A stretch of 64,000 nucleotides of DNA from assembly GCF_037042905.1 (NCBI RefSeq), contig NC_087261.1:13640001-13704000 (forward strand), read 5' to 3'. The translations under genes and the position numbers were made by a program. Position 1 is the first letter of the stretch. Each line of letters opens with the position of its first letter. This DNA is from Lytechinus pictus (Eukaryota). Below, piece after piece: positions 14,201-27,937 of this stretch. The notes under the pieces were generated by a model that saw only the letters and a program-made list of their open reading frames with translations, was not told the DNA's origin and searched no databases.

Positions 14201-17200
14201 CATTGCCATATTAAATATGCTGTTTGGATGGCCATTCAATGTTAAATTTTAAGTGGAGCCATTTACAATAGTGTAGTTCCATTGGTACTTTTTGATACAT
14301 TATTTTTTTATCACTACCTACTTCATTATATTCCTCTTTCTGTCCCAGGACTCCTTTCTTGATTCTGGGCTATTCCCAGAAACTAAGGGCGGCTTTGAAG
14401 CCGCTTATAAAAAGCAACGCGTAAGTAGCGCCCTCTACATGTATGTCCCTCTTATTTGAAGGACAAACAATGTTTTAGAAGTGATCACCTGAGTGTTTTG
14501 AAAGTGATTTTGATTACACTGCACCCATGGAAAGTGTACTTGATATCAAGTTTGTACAATTTTGGTTAACCTGTTGACTACTTAATTCTGGTATTCCCAT
14601 TGACTTTGCACAGGGACCACCCAATTCCCATAGCCAATGTGTTAAGTTTCTTTTTTACTATTTTTTTTTACCAGAGACGGCATTGTTTTGGGGTTTTCCT
14701 TTGAGGCCAAGGATTACATTTGTCAACATCAAAATTATTTTCTGCTTGGTCTAATCTTAACCTTGCTTTATGTTTCATAACATGCTGTGAAGGTGCATAG
14801 TTGACTTCCGTGTGGTTAAAATGACTGATGTTTTCTAGAGTGTGTGCTGTACATGTATGTCGGTTTGCATAAAGCGGATGTAGACAAGCATACATTAAAT
14901 ACTTGGCCTTGTGGAACCTCCCTGTTGTTTTACTTACTGTTATTAGCACCAAATACCTGTCTTCATCCAAACTAAAATATACACTCTAGAAAACATCACA
15001 GTTTCTGGGAGCCATGATGGTGTTATTATTATTTTTTTTGGGGGGGTGGGGGGGGGAAGGTCACAGATGCAGTGTGATTTAATAATGATAATAATAATAC
15101 TCAATATTTATAACACGCTTTTCCCACATGGCCCAAAGTGCTCACAATTTCAGTTTTACTAATTTATACAAACAAAAAAATCAGAATGACATATCAACAC
15201 GTTTATTTAACACATTTATTGTAATCTAAAATGATATTGTTCTTTAAGCTCCAGAAGGTTACACATTATAAAAATTTTCATATATGTAGAACTAGTCTTG
15301 TAATTCCAAAACATTGTTATCTTTATTCTAGAATAGTCATGGTTATAACCATGATCAAAATCTTATCTTCTCTGTGATAGATATAGTATTACTGTATTTC
15401 ACAAATAAATCTGTATGGGGGGATTTTCTCCTTTTATTATAAACCTTTTGTTTGCATGAAGTACATGGTTATGGTTATGCTGTAAGTTTTTCATGGGTAC
15501 TTGTTAGTGTTTGGAGTTGTTTTATTCACTCTCAAAGCTTCCTTTATTTAATCTGATTTAGTTCATGTGGTACACCATCATTGTGTGTTTTAGTCACCCC
15601 TTGCTTATTACACAAACTGTACATGTAGTTGCTTGGAAAAATATTTTAATTGTTTTGGTTGTCTGATGGTTTGCTGCACTGCACTATTTTCTTGTTGATT
15701 GCACACAATTTAGTGAGTGGATTTGTTTTCCTATTAAGCACACTATCTTTTTAAACCCCTTTGTGTAACACTTCAAGTTTATTATTGAGTTCCCATTTTC
15801 TTTGTCTTTCATTTGACACTTTTCTAGTTCCTCAAGAATGTTGTTATTAGTAGTTTCTTTTGGAGTTTTCCTAAAGCACATTTCTGACACCCCTTTGTGT
15901 TTTATACACTTCAAGTTTTTTTATGAGTTCCCATTTTCCCACCTTTTATTTGTCCCTGTTCCACCAGTGTTGTTTTGAAGAGTTTCTTTTGGAGTTTGCA
16001 TTAAGCACTAATATATTCTGTTGATGGAATATAATCTTTGTATAACACTTTCTCTAATGAGTTCTGTCTCTCTTCATAGATTTGTCACTATTTCAGTTAC
16101 ACCAGTGTTGTTTTGAATCCTTTCTTTTGGAGTTTGCCTGATGCACAATTGTGTATTCATCATTGTAGTATAATCTTTTGATGACTAAACAAGACATTGC
16201 TCCTCATCCCATGCATTCTTCACTGAAGTACCTGGTCGACTGGCTCCGGGAATTAGACCCCGATCTTGTCGTCTATGCTGCCGCCCTTGCCGAGAATGGG
16301 TACAAGACGTGGAACACGATTCGTCGACTGAAGCGAGGCACGCTTCTCGAGCTCTGCCCGGACATTAAGCACGGTCACATCGAGGCAATCCTCCATGAGG
16401 TTAACCGTGGGCAAACTCCCCGTTCTAAGGTACTATCATAAAAGATAAACCTGTGTTTAAAGACCACATACATGTAAGCTCCCCATCCTAATTATGTTAA
16501 CCTGTCTATTATGACCCTTCATGAGGTAAATACTGATCAGACAACACTTTTCTGCAGTTCTATAATAGTTAAACCTACATGTATATGAGAGTTACATTTG
16601 ACAGGCTACCCATTCCAAGGCCATACAGTACTGACCATGTGCATGTAAATGTATATGTGGTCACATTGAATCTATCTGCTCTTTTGGGTCAGTAGATGTG
16701 ACAAAAATGAGTGGCAGATGAATTCAGGAGGTACATGTAGAAGATCATCTGTTCAGTCACCCCTCCTGCAACCCCTTGATGTGATACCCAGTCCCCTCTT
16801 TCTCCATGCAAGATGTACACTATAGAACGAGAGATTATCCGAACGAATCAAGACATGCATGTACATTGTACACGTTACGATGTGAATGTTTTAAAGCAAT
16901 TAGAAATGATGAGCAAATGCTTTTACTTTCCGTCAATTTCATGCAACCGTCAGAAGCCTCCGACAAGGCCTCAGGTGAGGTCTCCGGATAGTTTATCAGA
17001 GCAGGAATTAGACATCGCAGACATTGAATCAGTAAGCGTTCTTCATCTTTCATAATATTGCTAGAGATTAGACCCTCTACCTTGTGTCTCATCTTAACTA
17101 CATGTATTTATTTTTGTGCATGTATGTGTATATTCACGCTCAACAAGGCAAATTGCTCTTTGTTCTTTTATGTTATGTTATCACCTTTAATGCTATTTTC

Positions 17201-20200
17201 TATAACCATGTTACATGTATATGTCATCATTTTTTACTTGACTTATATGTACATGTATGTGTTTATGAAGAATGAAATAAAATCAATTCAGTTCATAAAA
17301 TCGATTCATTTACTGCCAGGGCTCACATGGCCCCAAGCTACTGTATGTACGTCGTACATGTATGCTTGTTAAAAGTAAATTAAATGCAATTTTTAAACAA
17401 CAAAAGCAATAACCTGTATAGGCAAGAACTACTATTGATCAAAAGTGTGGTTAAAAAAAGAGTGTGTTTCTCTTTTTACACTTCAGTGCTGCTTCAAATG
17501 TAATCTTGATATTCCATATTATTATCATTGTTGGGTTTAGACGTAGATGTAGATGGCACCGATGGTTGCAAAGCTATTAAAAAAATATGCCTACTTGAAT
17601 TGGAGTTGCATGGAAATATGTTGTTCTTTTTGTGTATAGCATAAATGCAAGTACATGACTGTCTATCTACATTTCTTTCCAAACAAATAATTGTACTTGA
17701 TTCCCATAGTCTAAAACCAGGCCAGCCCCTATTAGAAGGAGAGAGAAACAGAGAAGAGTAAGATTGTGTGTGATGACACGATTTGTAATTCATTAACACT
17801 CCCACCGGTATTTTGCACAGATTGAAGAGTCTCCCCCTTTTATTCATATCTTCACAAAGTGTTACTATGTGTTTGAACTGTCACTTGTTCCATTACCACT
17901 ATTGACTAACCCTAAAAGCGCCCCCCCCCCCACGACATTTTTCATGATAAATCAGCAGCGTGGATGTTTGCAGTGAGACGTTTCATAGCCTCTGTCTTTC
18001 AAGCCTCCTCAAACTTTTGTTGTCGCGATCAACAGCCAAGATTTTTTTTAAGCCACCCCCCCCCCCCCAGTCATTCCAGCCTCCTAATTTACATGTATTT
18101 CCCTAGTCTATCGACGGTTAAAGGTATTTGCTAACATTGATTTGACTTTTTAAAAATCTGAGCTGCGAGGTCCCACTTTTCACCTGCACCTGTGATATGT
18201 TACAAAAATGAAGCCCAGAAAAAATCGCGTCCGAAAATCATTATAAAGTGCTTCAAAAAAGTGAAATATAAAGTGACCGGAAATACCATCTTAATTTCAT
18301 CCATACACTTATGTGTTCTATTATTATCGGCACGATAGAAATTACACAAAACCATCAATTATAACGTATATCGAAAGAATTTCTTTCGATTTTTTTTGTT
18401 GTTTTAGAGTTTTTAGGTTGACAGAAAGGCATTCATGTACATATTTCATCTCTCCTTTGATATTTTTTAAATTACATGTCTACAACCTTAGCATATGCCT
18501 TAAATCTACAGTATGGTACTCTTGTCTTTTGATTGCCTCTTTGTCCACTTGTGCATGTAATACCCCTTGGTCCAATACCACATTACTCATGCCACCTTTT
18601 TTGTATTGAGTGCCTATTGAACTACACCCACTTCCAGTTTGCACCATTCTTTCAATTGATGCTAATTGGTCTAGTTCCAACTTAATAGTTCATTACCACT
18701 TATTCAAAGTCACTTTAGCAATCGGTCTATACCCGATTGGTCCAATACCACTTTGTTTATACCACCCTCACTCTTTCTATTGAATGTCACTTGGTCTAAA
18801 CCCACTTGGTCCACTGCCACTGTATCTTGGCCACTTTGTCTATTGGTCCCACTTGGTCCAAATCATTTTATCATCATCACTCAATATGTTGAATGCCATT
18901 GTGTAACAAGTTTTAAAACCACTTTCTGGACATGTATGTGTATCACAGACTTTTATTGATTATAGCATGTACATTATTTCATTTTACTCGGTCCATTCCA
19001 ACTGTTAAGATGTCATTTCGTCCATTGAGTGCACTTCACTCAATTGGCACTTGGTCCAATTCCACATTATCTGTACCCGTGGATGACTCCTGATATTATC
19101 CCTCATATATTCCAATGGTTTGATCTACAAGATTCCACCTGAAACAAAAGTTTTTTATTTTTTTCCCCCCGCATTTGTTAGATAATAAATGCACTTGTAC
19201 TACAATCTTTATAGAGAAGCACAAATAGTACAATATAGCTCTTTTGTTTGATACCAAATTTGTTAAGAGAGGATGAATATATTTTTTAATTGATAGATTT
19301 TAAAACGATTCTGGAAAATGGACAACTAATATGTAGAATTGCCAACTTGGTGTATGCAGTCTCATTACTGGAACTGTATCTTCCTGGTTAATTATCTATG
19401 ATGATGTAGTATTTTCCCTCGATTCATATTTGATGGAATTATTTTGTGTTCACAGCTCGAAGATATCAGTCCTAGGAATGGGAGATACTCAGTAAGTGAA
19501 GATTGTCTTGAAGTAAATTCTTCCAAAAGTCATACAAAAATCGTACGTGGAAGGTGATGATAATGTAACGATGATCCCTAATGTCGACAGTGATTTGGGA
19601 ATAAAATCAATGAAGAAAGGGTGGGGAAGTGACCGGGGCTTGTATCCTTGAATACTTTCTTGAATAAGCATGCAAGTACATGTACATGTACATGTATCTT
19701 TAGGGGCCCGTTGCAGAAAGAGTTGCGATCAAACGCAACTCAAAAAATCTTGCGCAACTTGATTTTCAGCCAATGAAGCACCCGTCTTCGGGACTTGCGT
19801 TGATATTTTGACTTGCGTTTAAACACAACTCTTTCTGCAACAGGTCCCTGAACTGATACTTATTGAGATGGAAAATGTAACAGGATTGCATTTACTGTCA
19901 GCAAATTGTTTCAATTATTTTTGCCACCCAAGTTACCAAAAGTTTGTGTAGTCTGTTTATGAATCCTCTGCTGTACAGGCTAAACTTTATATAGTAGGAT
20001 ATTTTAGGATGATAGGATCATTGAAATATGTTTGATTTAGAAGAAAAATTTGATTTGGAAGATATAGACAATGCCTGCCTAGCATACATTTCTAATCTAA
20101 AAAATGGCGTCCAGTTAGAATATAGTAATAGACAGAATTTCTTAATCAAGTTATCATTAATGTCCCTAATCTACCCATTGGATCTGATGTGGAATTACCT

Positions 20201-23200
20201 TAAGGTTTGATACAGTACTTGGAGGTGTAAAATCTACCGTTGTAACTCCAGAGAAGGATGATAGAGTGAGACACACACAGACAAAGACAGAGACACAATT
20301 TAGTACTATCGGAAAGGCAGCATTGGATAATTTCTCTCAAAGTGTCCAGTTGCAAGCGGCACCTTCATTGGAGTTAATACTCTATGAGGTTCTTTATGTT
20401 TCATCATGAATGAGTCCTCATTTAAAATATGTTCTCTAAGATTATTTTTTTTCATTGAACTTATTTAAACTTTATTTGTTCATCAAAGGAAAGCCCACCT
20501 GGAAACAGCTTTGTTGATTTCTTGGTCAATGTCTCTAAAGAAGTAAGAAAACAAAGATTTCCTTTCCTATTTTATTAACAGACAATCATTTGCTGATAGA
20601 TATTGAAGTAAAAATCCAACAAAATAAATGAATCTCAGACAGCTTTTAGGCATTAATTCTTTTTGTTATGTACAGTACACCTCACGTCCTGAACTTTCCA
20701 TCTAGTGCAGTCGGTTGTTTTTTTTCCACAGATTTGAATTAAAATAGTAAAATGGAGCAATCACAAGGAAATACAGATTCAAGCAACATACATGTATATG
20801 GCACTTTGGTAATTAGATTGAAAATTTAATTGAAATTATTGTAATAGTAAATTATTGAATATAGGTTACATGCAGTTCAGATTGATCATTGATAAGTGCC
20901 ATTACGTGTAGCTCGAATATATTTACATTTGCATTTACCTTTACATTGCTAGTAATATAACTGCGATGAAAGTACAACCGAATGCTTACTTTACGGGACA
21001 TATGTCAAATAATTGCTTCCATCCATTGTAATCTTCTGTTCAGTCTGAAATGTACAAGAAAGCTCAGCGGTTACAGAATAAGCTTCAGCGTGATGGGCAT
21101 ATGCAGGTACTTTGCTTTTAGTTAATGTTTATTTGATCATTATAATAATAATAACAATTTGCTGTGCCCTCACATCAGTAGTTCCAATTATGCCAGAGAG
21201 TATACAGGCCTAATGTATACCCTACATGTACATGTACAGGTATAAGGCAGAATGAAAAAAAAAATGTTGTTACTGGTATAAGATTTATTTTGTCAGGGAA
21301 TAGTGTTCATGAATATTCATGAGTATAAATTGTAGGGATATTAACTAATTGTACAGCACTGCTAACTCTCAGATCATCTTACTGCATCATGGCTAAACCC
21401 ACTTGGTCTACTCTCAATTTGATCTAATTACTGTTTGGTCCAACCGTCACTTAGTCTAATAACTTACTTAGTTTTGCACTTAAGCACTTAGTATTTAATA
21501 AAAAAAGTTTGGTTCATATCAGCTCATCTTGTCATCATATAGGCTACATGTTTTCAGACCTAGTACATGTAGATATTAGATGAATTTGTTAGGCCCTAAA
21601 TGGAAATTAGACAAAATTGCATAATGGCAATTAGACCAAATGGTTAGTAGACTGGGAATAGACCATGTTGGATGAAAGCAAACAGAAAGTACACAAAGTG
21701 GGTGTATAGACCAAGTGGCAATTTACATTCAAGTATACATGTATGTGAGTTGTTTTGGGCACTCGTAATAGAATGTTCTGGGTTCACTCTTCATGCAGTT
21801 CAGGCATCTCCACTCACGTTCCTTTTGCTGAATTAAAGAAAGTGAAACGTTGAAATATATTTAGACATGGAACCATGGCATTGTGCGAGACGTCATACGT
21901 TATGTATGAGATGCATGTACATTGTATTATGATAGACTGTTATGAGAGCATGTGGTATATTTGATGCAGGAATCACAAGTATGATGTATAAGACTAGCCA
22001 TGGCTACATAAGATAATTAACCAATAGGATGCAAGGATTTCAGTAGCTTGTAACATTTCCAAATGAAAATAACTGACAAACTGTATCATGAAATGCCCCG
22101 GAAGTATGATTTTACAGGCGTTAAGTAAATCCTATACATAAATTTTACACAAGTTGAACTTGCTAAATGTCTGTCTGCTTTTTGTCTACATGTATTATAC
22201 TTGCACAAATTTCATGGTACATGTGATTGCCCCTCTTTTTCTATTGATTGCTGTTGCACCTCATTAACCATTTCCATGCGTACTTCGCACCAATGCACAC
22301 TTGATGCCATGCGAATTTCGCATTTTACTCGCAAACAATTCATTGTTTCCCTCCCTGAAAATAATTCAGCACGGAGGGGTTCATGGCCCAGCGGTTGAAC
22401 CAGAGTTCAACCAGGATCCTCTTTCTTTCACAGTCCTTTTCATAATGTAAAGCTCATTCAGGCATGCTGACAGAAAGCTCAGCTCGTCATTTATTCCATG
22501 TAAATAGTTAGTGAGACAAAAAAGGTGGCATTCCCCCCAGATTATTTTCATAGATTATATACTGTACAGTGTCTGTGTCAGAACAATGTACACGAAATGT
22601 TGCTCAGCTCTGTCGCCTCATAGTTGAATGAGCCTTGAGCCAGTTTTCGCTTACCCTTAATATTCATGTACATGTATGCTAGATTTCCCAAGTGTAATTT
22701 GTCAATTTTGTGGAAGGACTTTGGATACTCGAGGATTTATTGGTTTGTTTCTGTATTTTTTTTGTTTAAAATACTGTAACTAAAAATCAGTTTATCACAT
22801 GGGATGAGGTGCAAATTATTACCTTTATGAATTGCATTGAAACAATTTAGTGTCAGTTTTAAGGGATTATTAGTACTTGTAGACAACAAACTGGAACAGG
22901 GGGCTGTTTCATAAAGCTGTTCGTAAGTTAAGAGTGACTTTAAGAACGACTGATGAACCTGTCTTACGCGCTAAACCTTCGCCAATGGTGTACCATTTAC
23001 CAAAAGAAATTATCACCAGTCGTTCTTAAAGTTGCTCTTATCTTACGAACAGCTTTATGAAACACCCACCAGGTGTGTTTTTACCCTCAGGCTGATATTA
23101 GACCCTCTCAAAAACAAACTTTTCAACTTATTATGATAGTGTATTGTTCATTTGTTAAAGTTTTTTTCATGTGGACACTTGTTATTTGATATATCACCCT

Positions 23201-26200
23201 TGTCTTTAAGATCATGACTTGTTACAACCCTTAACTTTGCGTTACCTGTATAACCAATCAACAATGGTGACCAGTGTTGTCACCGTGCTGTAGGCACCTA
23301 TGGGTACTTCGCTCTGTTCAAAATTTCTGACCGGCCCATACAGTATCCAAAATCAAAGCTTGGATCAGTATTGGCTCTTTCATCCTGTAATTCTTTGTAT
23401 CGAGCCAAAGCCGTAATCATACTGTACATGTATATCTGGGCCCGGTCTCCCAAAGAGTTTTTGTTGATCCGGTCAAGTACAGCTATGGAAAGCCAGCAAC
23501 GCTAACGTCTATTAAATGAATGTTCAAAATGTTTTCTAGATACCAGTATGATGTATATTCATTCATTTATTGTTGTCTTGACAATCTAGCGTGCTCCTCT
23601 TTGTTTTCAAATTGACATGGTGCAAAATTCATGTCAGAAAAATTGTGATATTGATGGCTTCCATTTGCATGTAGTTGATGTGAATAGAGGGGATCACAAC
23701 ATTTTGTAAGACTGGACCCTAAAATTCATAATAAGGATTAATATTTCTCTCTGTTTTATCTCTACAAGGATGATGCTGACTTTCCGAGCACGTCAGAGAG
23801 AAGTTCCTCGCCCCCAGTACCTGCCGTATCAACCAAGGAACGTGGTGGACCCAAGGATGATACCAACGTGATGGGGGCACTGTCCGCTATGAGGGTTCAA
23901 TTGGCTTACGAACAGCAAAGGGTACAGAGCCAACTAGACAAGCATAGAGATGTGAGTGATTGTCATTCTTGATTGATACAATTTATTTAGTGACAAATTT
24001 AAAATAAAGGCCTTTGTTGGGTGTGCCTCTAATATCTTCAAGAAATTGGTTATTTTGTTTGCCACCATCACATGCAGTATGATTCCTCCAATCTAATGCC
24101 ATAGGCTGTATGATTAATAATTAATAATAATAATTGGCATTTATATAGCGCTTTATCAATCTACGACTGTTCAAAGCGCTTCACAATTATTATTACCCGG
24201 TCACTGGATTCATAGCATTCCAAGCAGCCTGTTAGGCGCAAACTTGCTAAACCAACCACAATGACGGTTGTTTCCTACCGGTACCCAATTAGCACCTGGG
24301 TGAGAATGGCAAAGTGTGGATTGACGCCTTGCCAAAGGGCGCTAGGCCATGGTGGGATTCGAACACACGACCCTCTGATTACAAGGCGAGAGTCAGAACC
24401 GCTACACCACGGCGCTTGTACTTGAGAAGAGGGTGTCCACTGATTACAAGAAGCATTTTTTTTTCAATCCTATAATAAAGTCCCGTAACCCCCAAACTCA
24501 TAACTTAAAAGAATACTAAAGACCACTCTTGTCAGCCCTGAGTAAGATTCCTGGCAGAGGACTTCAGGAAAAACAACTACAAGATAGTACTGTAGTACTT
24601 ATGGACACAAAGAGATCTTTATAATCCACTGCCATAGGCTGCTCACAGGTCGCATAAAGCATATTTTTGATAATTTTAAGAAGGTTTTTATTGTGTTTTT
24701 CATCCTATAGTAGAGTATGGTCCACACAATCCGTTGCCAAAGGCTGCTCATGCACCATGTAAAGGGAGCCCATAATTCTCAAGAAACATTACATACAGTA
24801 AGATCCATACAATACTTTGCCAAATGCTGCTCATTTTCTTTGTAAAGGGTGGCCTTAATAATCTCATTATTTTTCACCTTCTAATATAGTATGACCCATA
24901 CAATCCGTTGCCAAAGGCAGCTCACGCTCCCCGTAGAGGGAGCCCTCAGGTTGATGTCTTTGAGTTGGCCAGACACAAGGGGAGTGTAGCCGTTATGAGA
25001 AACGCGACGCATCAAGCGGCAGAAGACTTTGATGGGCTGAAAAACAGAAGTAAGTTGAGAACATGCATGATGCGAAAGTAGTTTAAGCTTTGTTGAGGGA
25101 TTTATAAAAGGGGGGCTGTTGCAGTAGTCGCTGTTTGCTATTGCACATCCTACATGTACTGTACTTCACTAAATAGTATGATTATATGTGATTTTCAGCT
25201 TATTAGGTTTATGCCCTTTATGTAGATGTTATTATGACATACTCGGTAGATGTAACTTAAGTTTTGGTTGACCCAAAATCTACATGTAGCAGAATTCAAA
25301 ACATATACATGTAGCTTTAGATATATGATACTATTGTAACAATTAATCATGATATTGAAGACTTTCTTTTGTCTTGAATTAAGTTGTTAACTTCTAATCT
25401 GTATCCCGGAAGTGGTTTGTGGTACACCGTGTGGTGAGTCCTACAAGGACTAAGAAAAGTGTATAGAGGTAGAAGTGAAATGGAGAGGCAAGAAATTAGG
25501 AAGTTTTTATTTTGGAAATGAGTTTAATCCTTAAGAATAAAATGTATGTTTAGAAAAACAAGAACATCAGTCTTTTTTTACCCTGACAACCTTTCAAAAG
25601 GTGGCTCACGAACGAGACAAAAAGTGAAGGAGAGTTATCCTCACAAACCCAACTCGGATGTCACCCTTGAGGCTCAACAGAGGGCGCTGTTGAGAGCACA
25701 GCAAGAGAAATTAGAAGCAATGCGGAAAGGTTAGCCCCTTGCATGCATGCTTTTCAAAGCTATCCATTCTAGTTGAGCTTTGCTGGGACTGACTGGGCTT
25801 CTTTCTCTATTGTTTTTCTCATTTGTGGCTTTAATAGGAATTGTTAAAGAGAGGCATTCATTCTGTTTTACAGGGTGATGTGTTTATGGGCGGAAAGGTT
25901 TGCCCCTTGCATGCATGCTTTTCAAAGCTATCCATTCTAGTTGAGCTTTGCTGGGACCGACTGGGCTTCTTTCTCTATTGTTTTTCTCATTTGTGGCTTT
26001 AATAGGAATTGTTGAAGAGAGGCATTCATTCTGTTTTACAGGGTGATGTGTTCATGGGCAGGTTTCACAAATCTAAAAATTGACGGACCTCCAAGCGAAA
26101 TGTGTCAGATCATAACTCCTGTTTCAATGCAAGCATTAGGAAAAATGAATCCTCAAAATACCAATTATATGTTTTGGTGTGAGAAATTTGACTCTTTGGT

Positions 26201-27903
26201 GATGTGTAAAATACATATTACAATACAATTGTACATGTACATTTGCTGTAAAATTATTATTGAAATTCAGCCTTCTAATATAGGATGTGCACTGATAATC
26301 TATGCGAAATACTGTGAATAGGTTTATTCTTGTTTTCAGCTGACAGCACCATTAACAAAAATATATATTTTTAACTCTTAATTTTAACGTAACTTGAATT
26401 TGGGGCGCATGCCAAACTGCCCAATTAAAGAATGCCTCTCTTTAATAGAAAAAAATGCCTCTCTTATAATTCAACAATTCATTCATTACTACACTAAGAT
26501 ATAGTATATTCATCTTTTTATCACCCTTCTGCAATAAACCATACTATTCATTTATCTTCCTCCTTGTGCGTTCAGTCTATCATGCATATTTTCGTTCAGA
26601 GGATAATATGAATATCAACAATGAGTATAAAAGTCCTGAACTTACCGCTCGGCAACCTCAACGTAAGACCTGAATTCCATCAGATATTCCGCACCAATGA
26701 TTGTGTGTTTGCACCTTCTGAAAATCTGACCTTTGAGATACATGTATTTATCTGCAAATGTTCTAACTTTGACTTGTGTGTTTCATAATACATTTGCTCG
26801 GGTTGTATCCTTATTGAGACAACATTCATTTGTGTTAATCCTGGGAGATGTGTCGACGAAAGTGCAATTGACAGTCGACACCATGCATTAACAACGGTGC
26901 TTCTCTTCAAAGTGTTTACAAAATCCATTTAACCACTACAGTTTTTGTGGGATCTCTCTTTAGTTCTATTGATTTATTCTTATTCTATTGATTAATCTTT
27001 ATTCTTATCTGCATTTAATTTTTTCAATTCTCCCTCCCTGCCCATGCTATTTTGTATGTCTTTTGAAGTTGTTGACATACAAGCATCATGAAAATGAGCA
27101 TCACTGGGGCATGGACATGTACATACATGTATGTTCTTAAATGCATGCATGAATGGCATACATGTAATTTGAAAGGGTTCCTTTTCACACTGCTAGTAAT
27201 GTACATGCTTTAATTTCCACACATTAAATTCTATACATGTAGGGTGAATCAAAATTACTTTCTGCAAATCATATCTTTTAAAGCTTAAGATGTACATACC
27301 TCCTTTTTCAATTAATTTGCATATAATTTACAAATGCTGCCCTCTATTTCAGTACTGCAAACTGGATATTTAACCTCCTAAAAGCAGAACAGTAGATTTT
27401 AAGTACTTTGCCATGAAAAGTTTAATTTAATTTATTTATATGTCAATTTCAATGAATGTGGCACCATTCTCTCTGTTTATAGAGGCTGCTTGAATCAACA
27501 ACGCCAAACAAATCTACCATTTCAATTTTCTTTGACATCCGGTTTAACATTTTGTCTCCTTGTCTGCTGACATTAATTAATCATTAATGTTATTAAACAA
27601 ATTCAAATCATAAGAAGCCTAACTTAGTGATTCAGTGATATTTTTACTCATTCGTGTGCACTGGTTTTCTATACTAACTTCCATTTGATTGGTTTTATCT
27701 CTCTCTTTCTCCCCCTCCCTCCCCACTCTCTATCACTTATTTATTCTGCATCACTGGCTCTCTCCCTCTTTGTCTGTCTTTCACTTTTAACAGTCTATGG
27801 AAAAGGTAAACTTATATTTTCTCAATTGAAGTGTAATGTATAGTACTCAATGTAGTTACTCTACTCCACTGTATTCATCTTGTAATATTATGCTTTACCT
27901 AAC

Positions 27904-27937
<34 letters not shown>

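Noticed and set aside
18500-19110. Regularly recurring ttggtc(c/t)a motifs resembling a repeat-spacer array (also about 21390-21720, 30860-30960, 31520-31620)
   Set aside because: Highly degenerate short-period repeat in eukaryotic introns, no constant repeat or spacer length, no cas genes; not CRISPR.
22370-22450. Possible extra cassette exon (HGGVHGPA...) after ttcag
   Set aside because: Acceptor is plausible but no strong in-phase donor; left uncalled.
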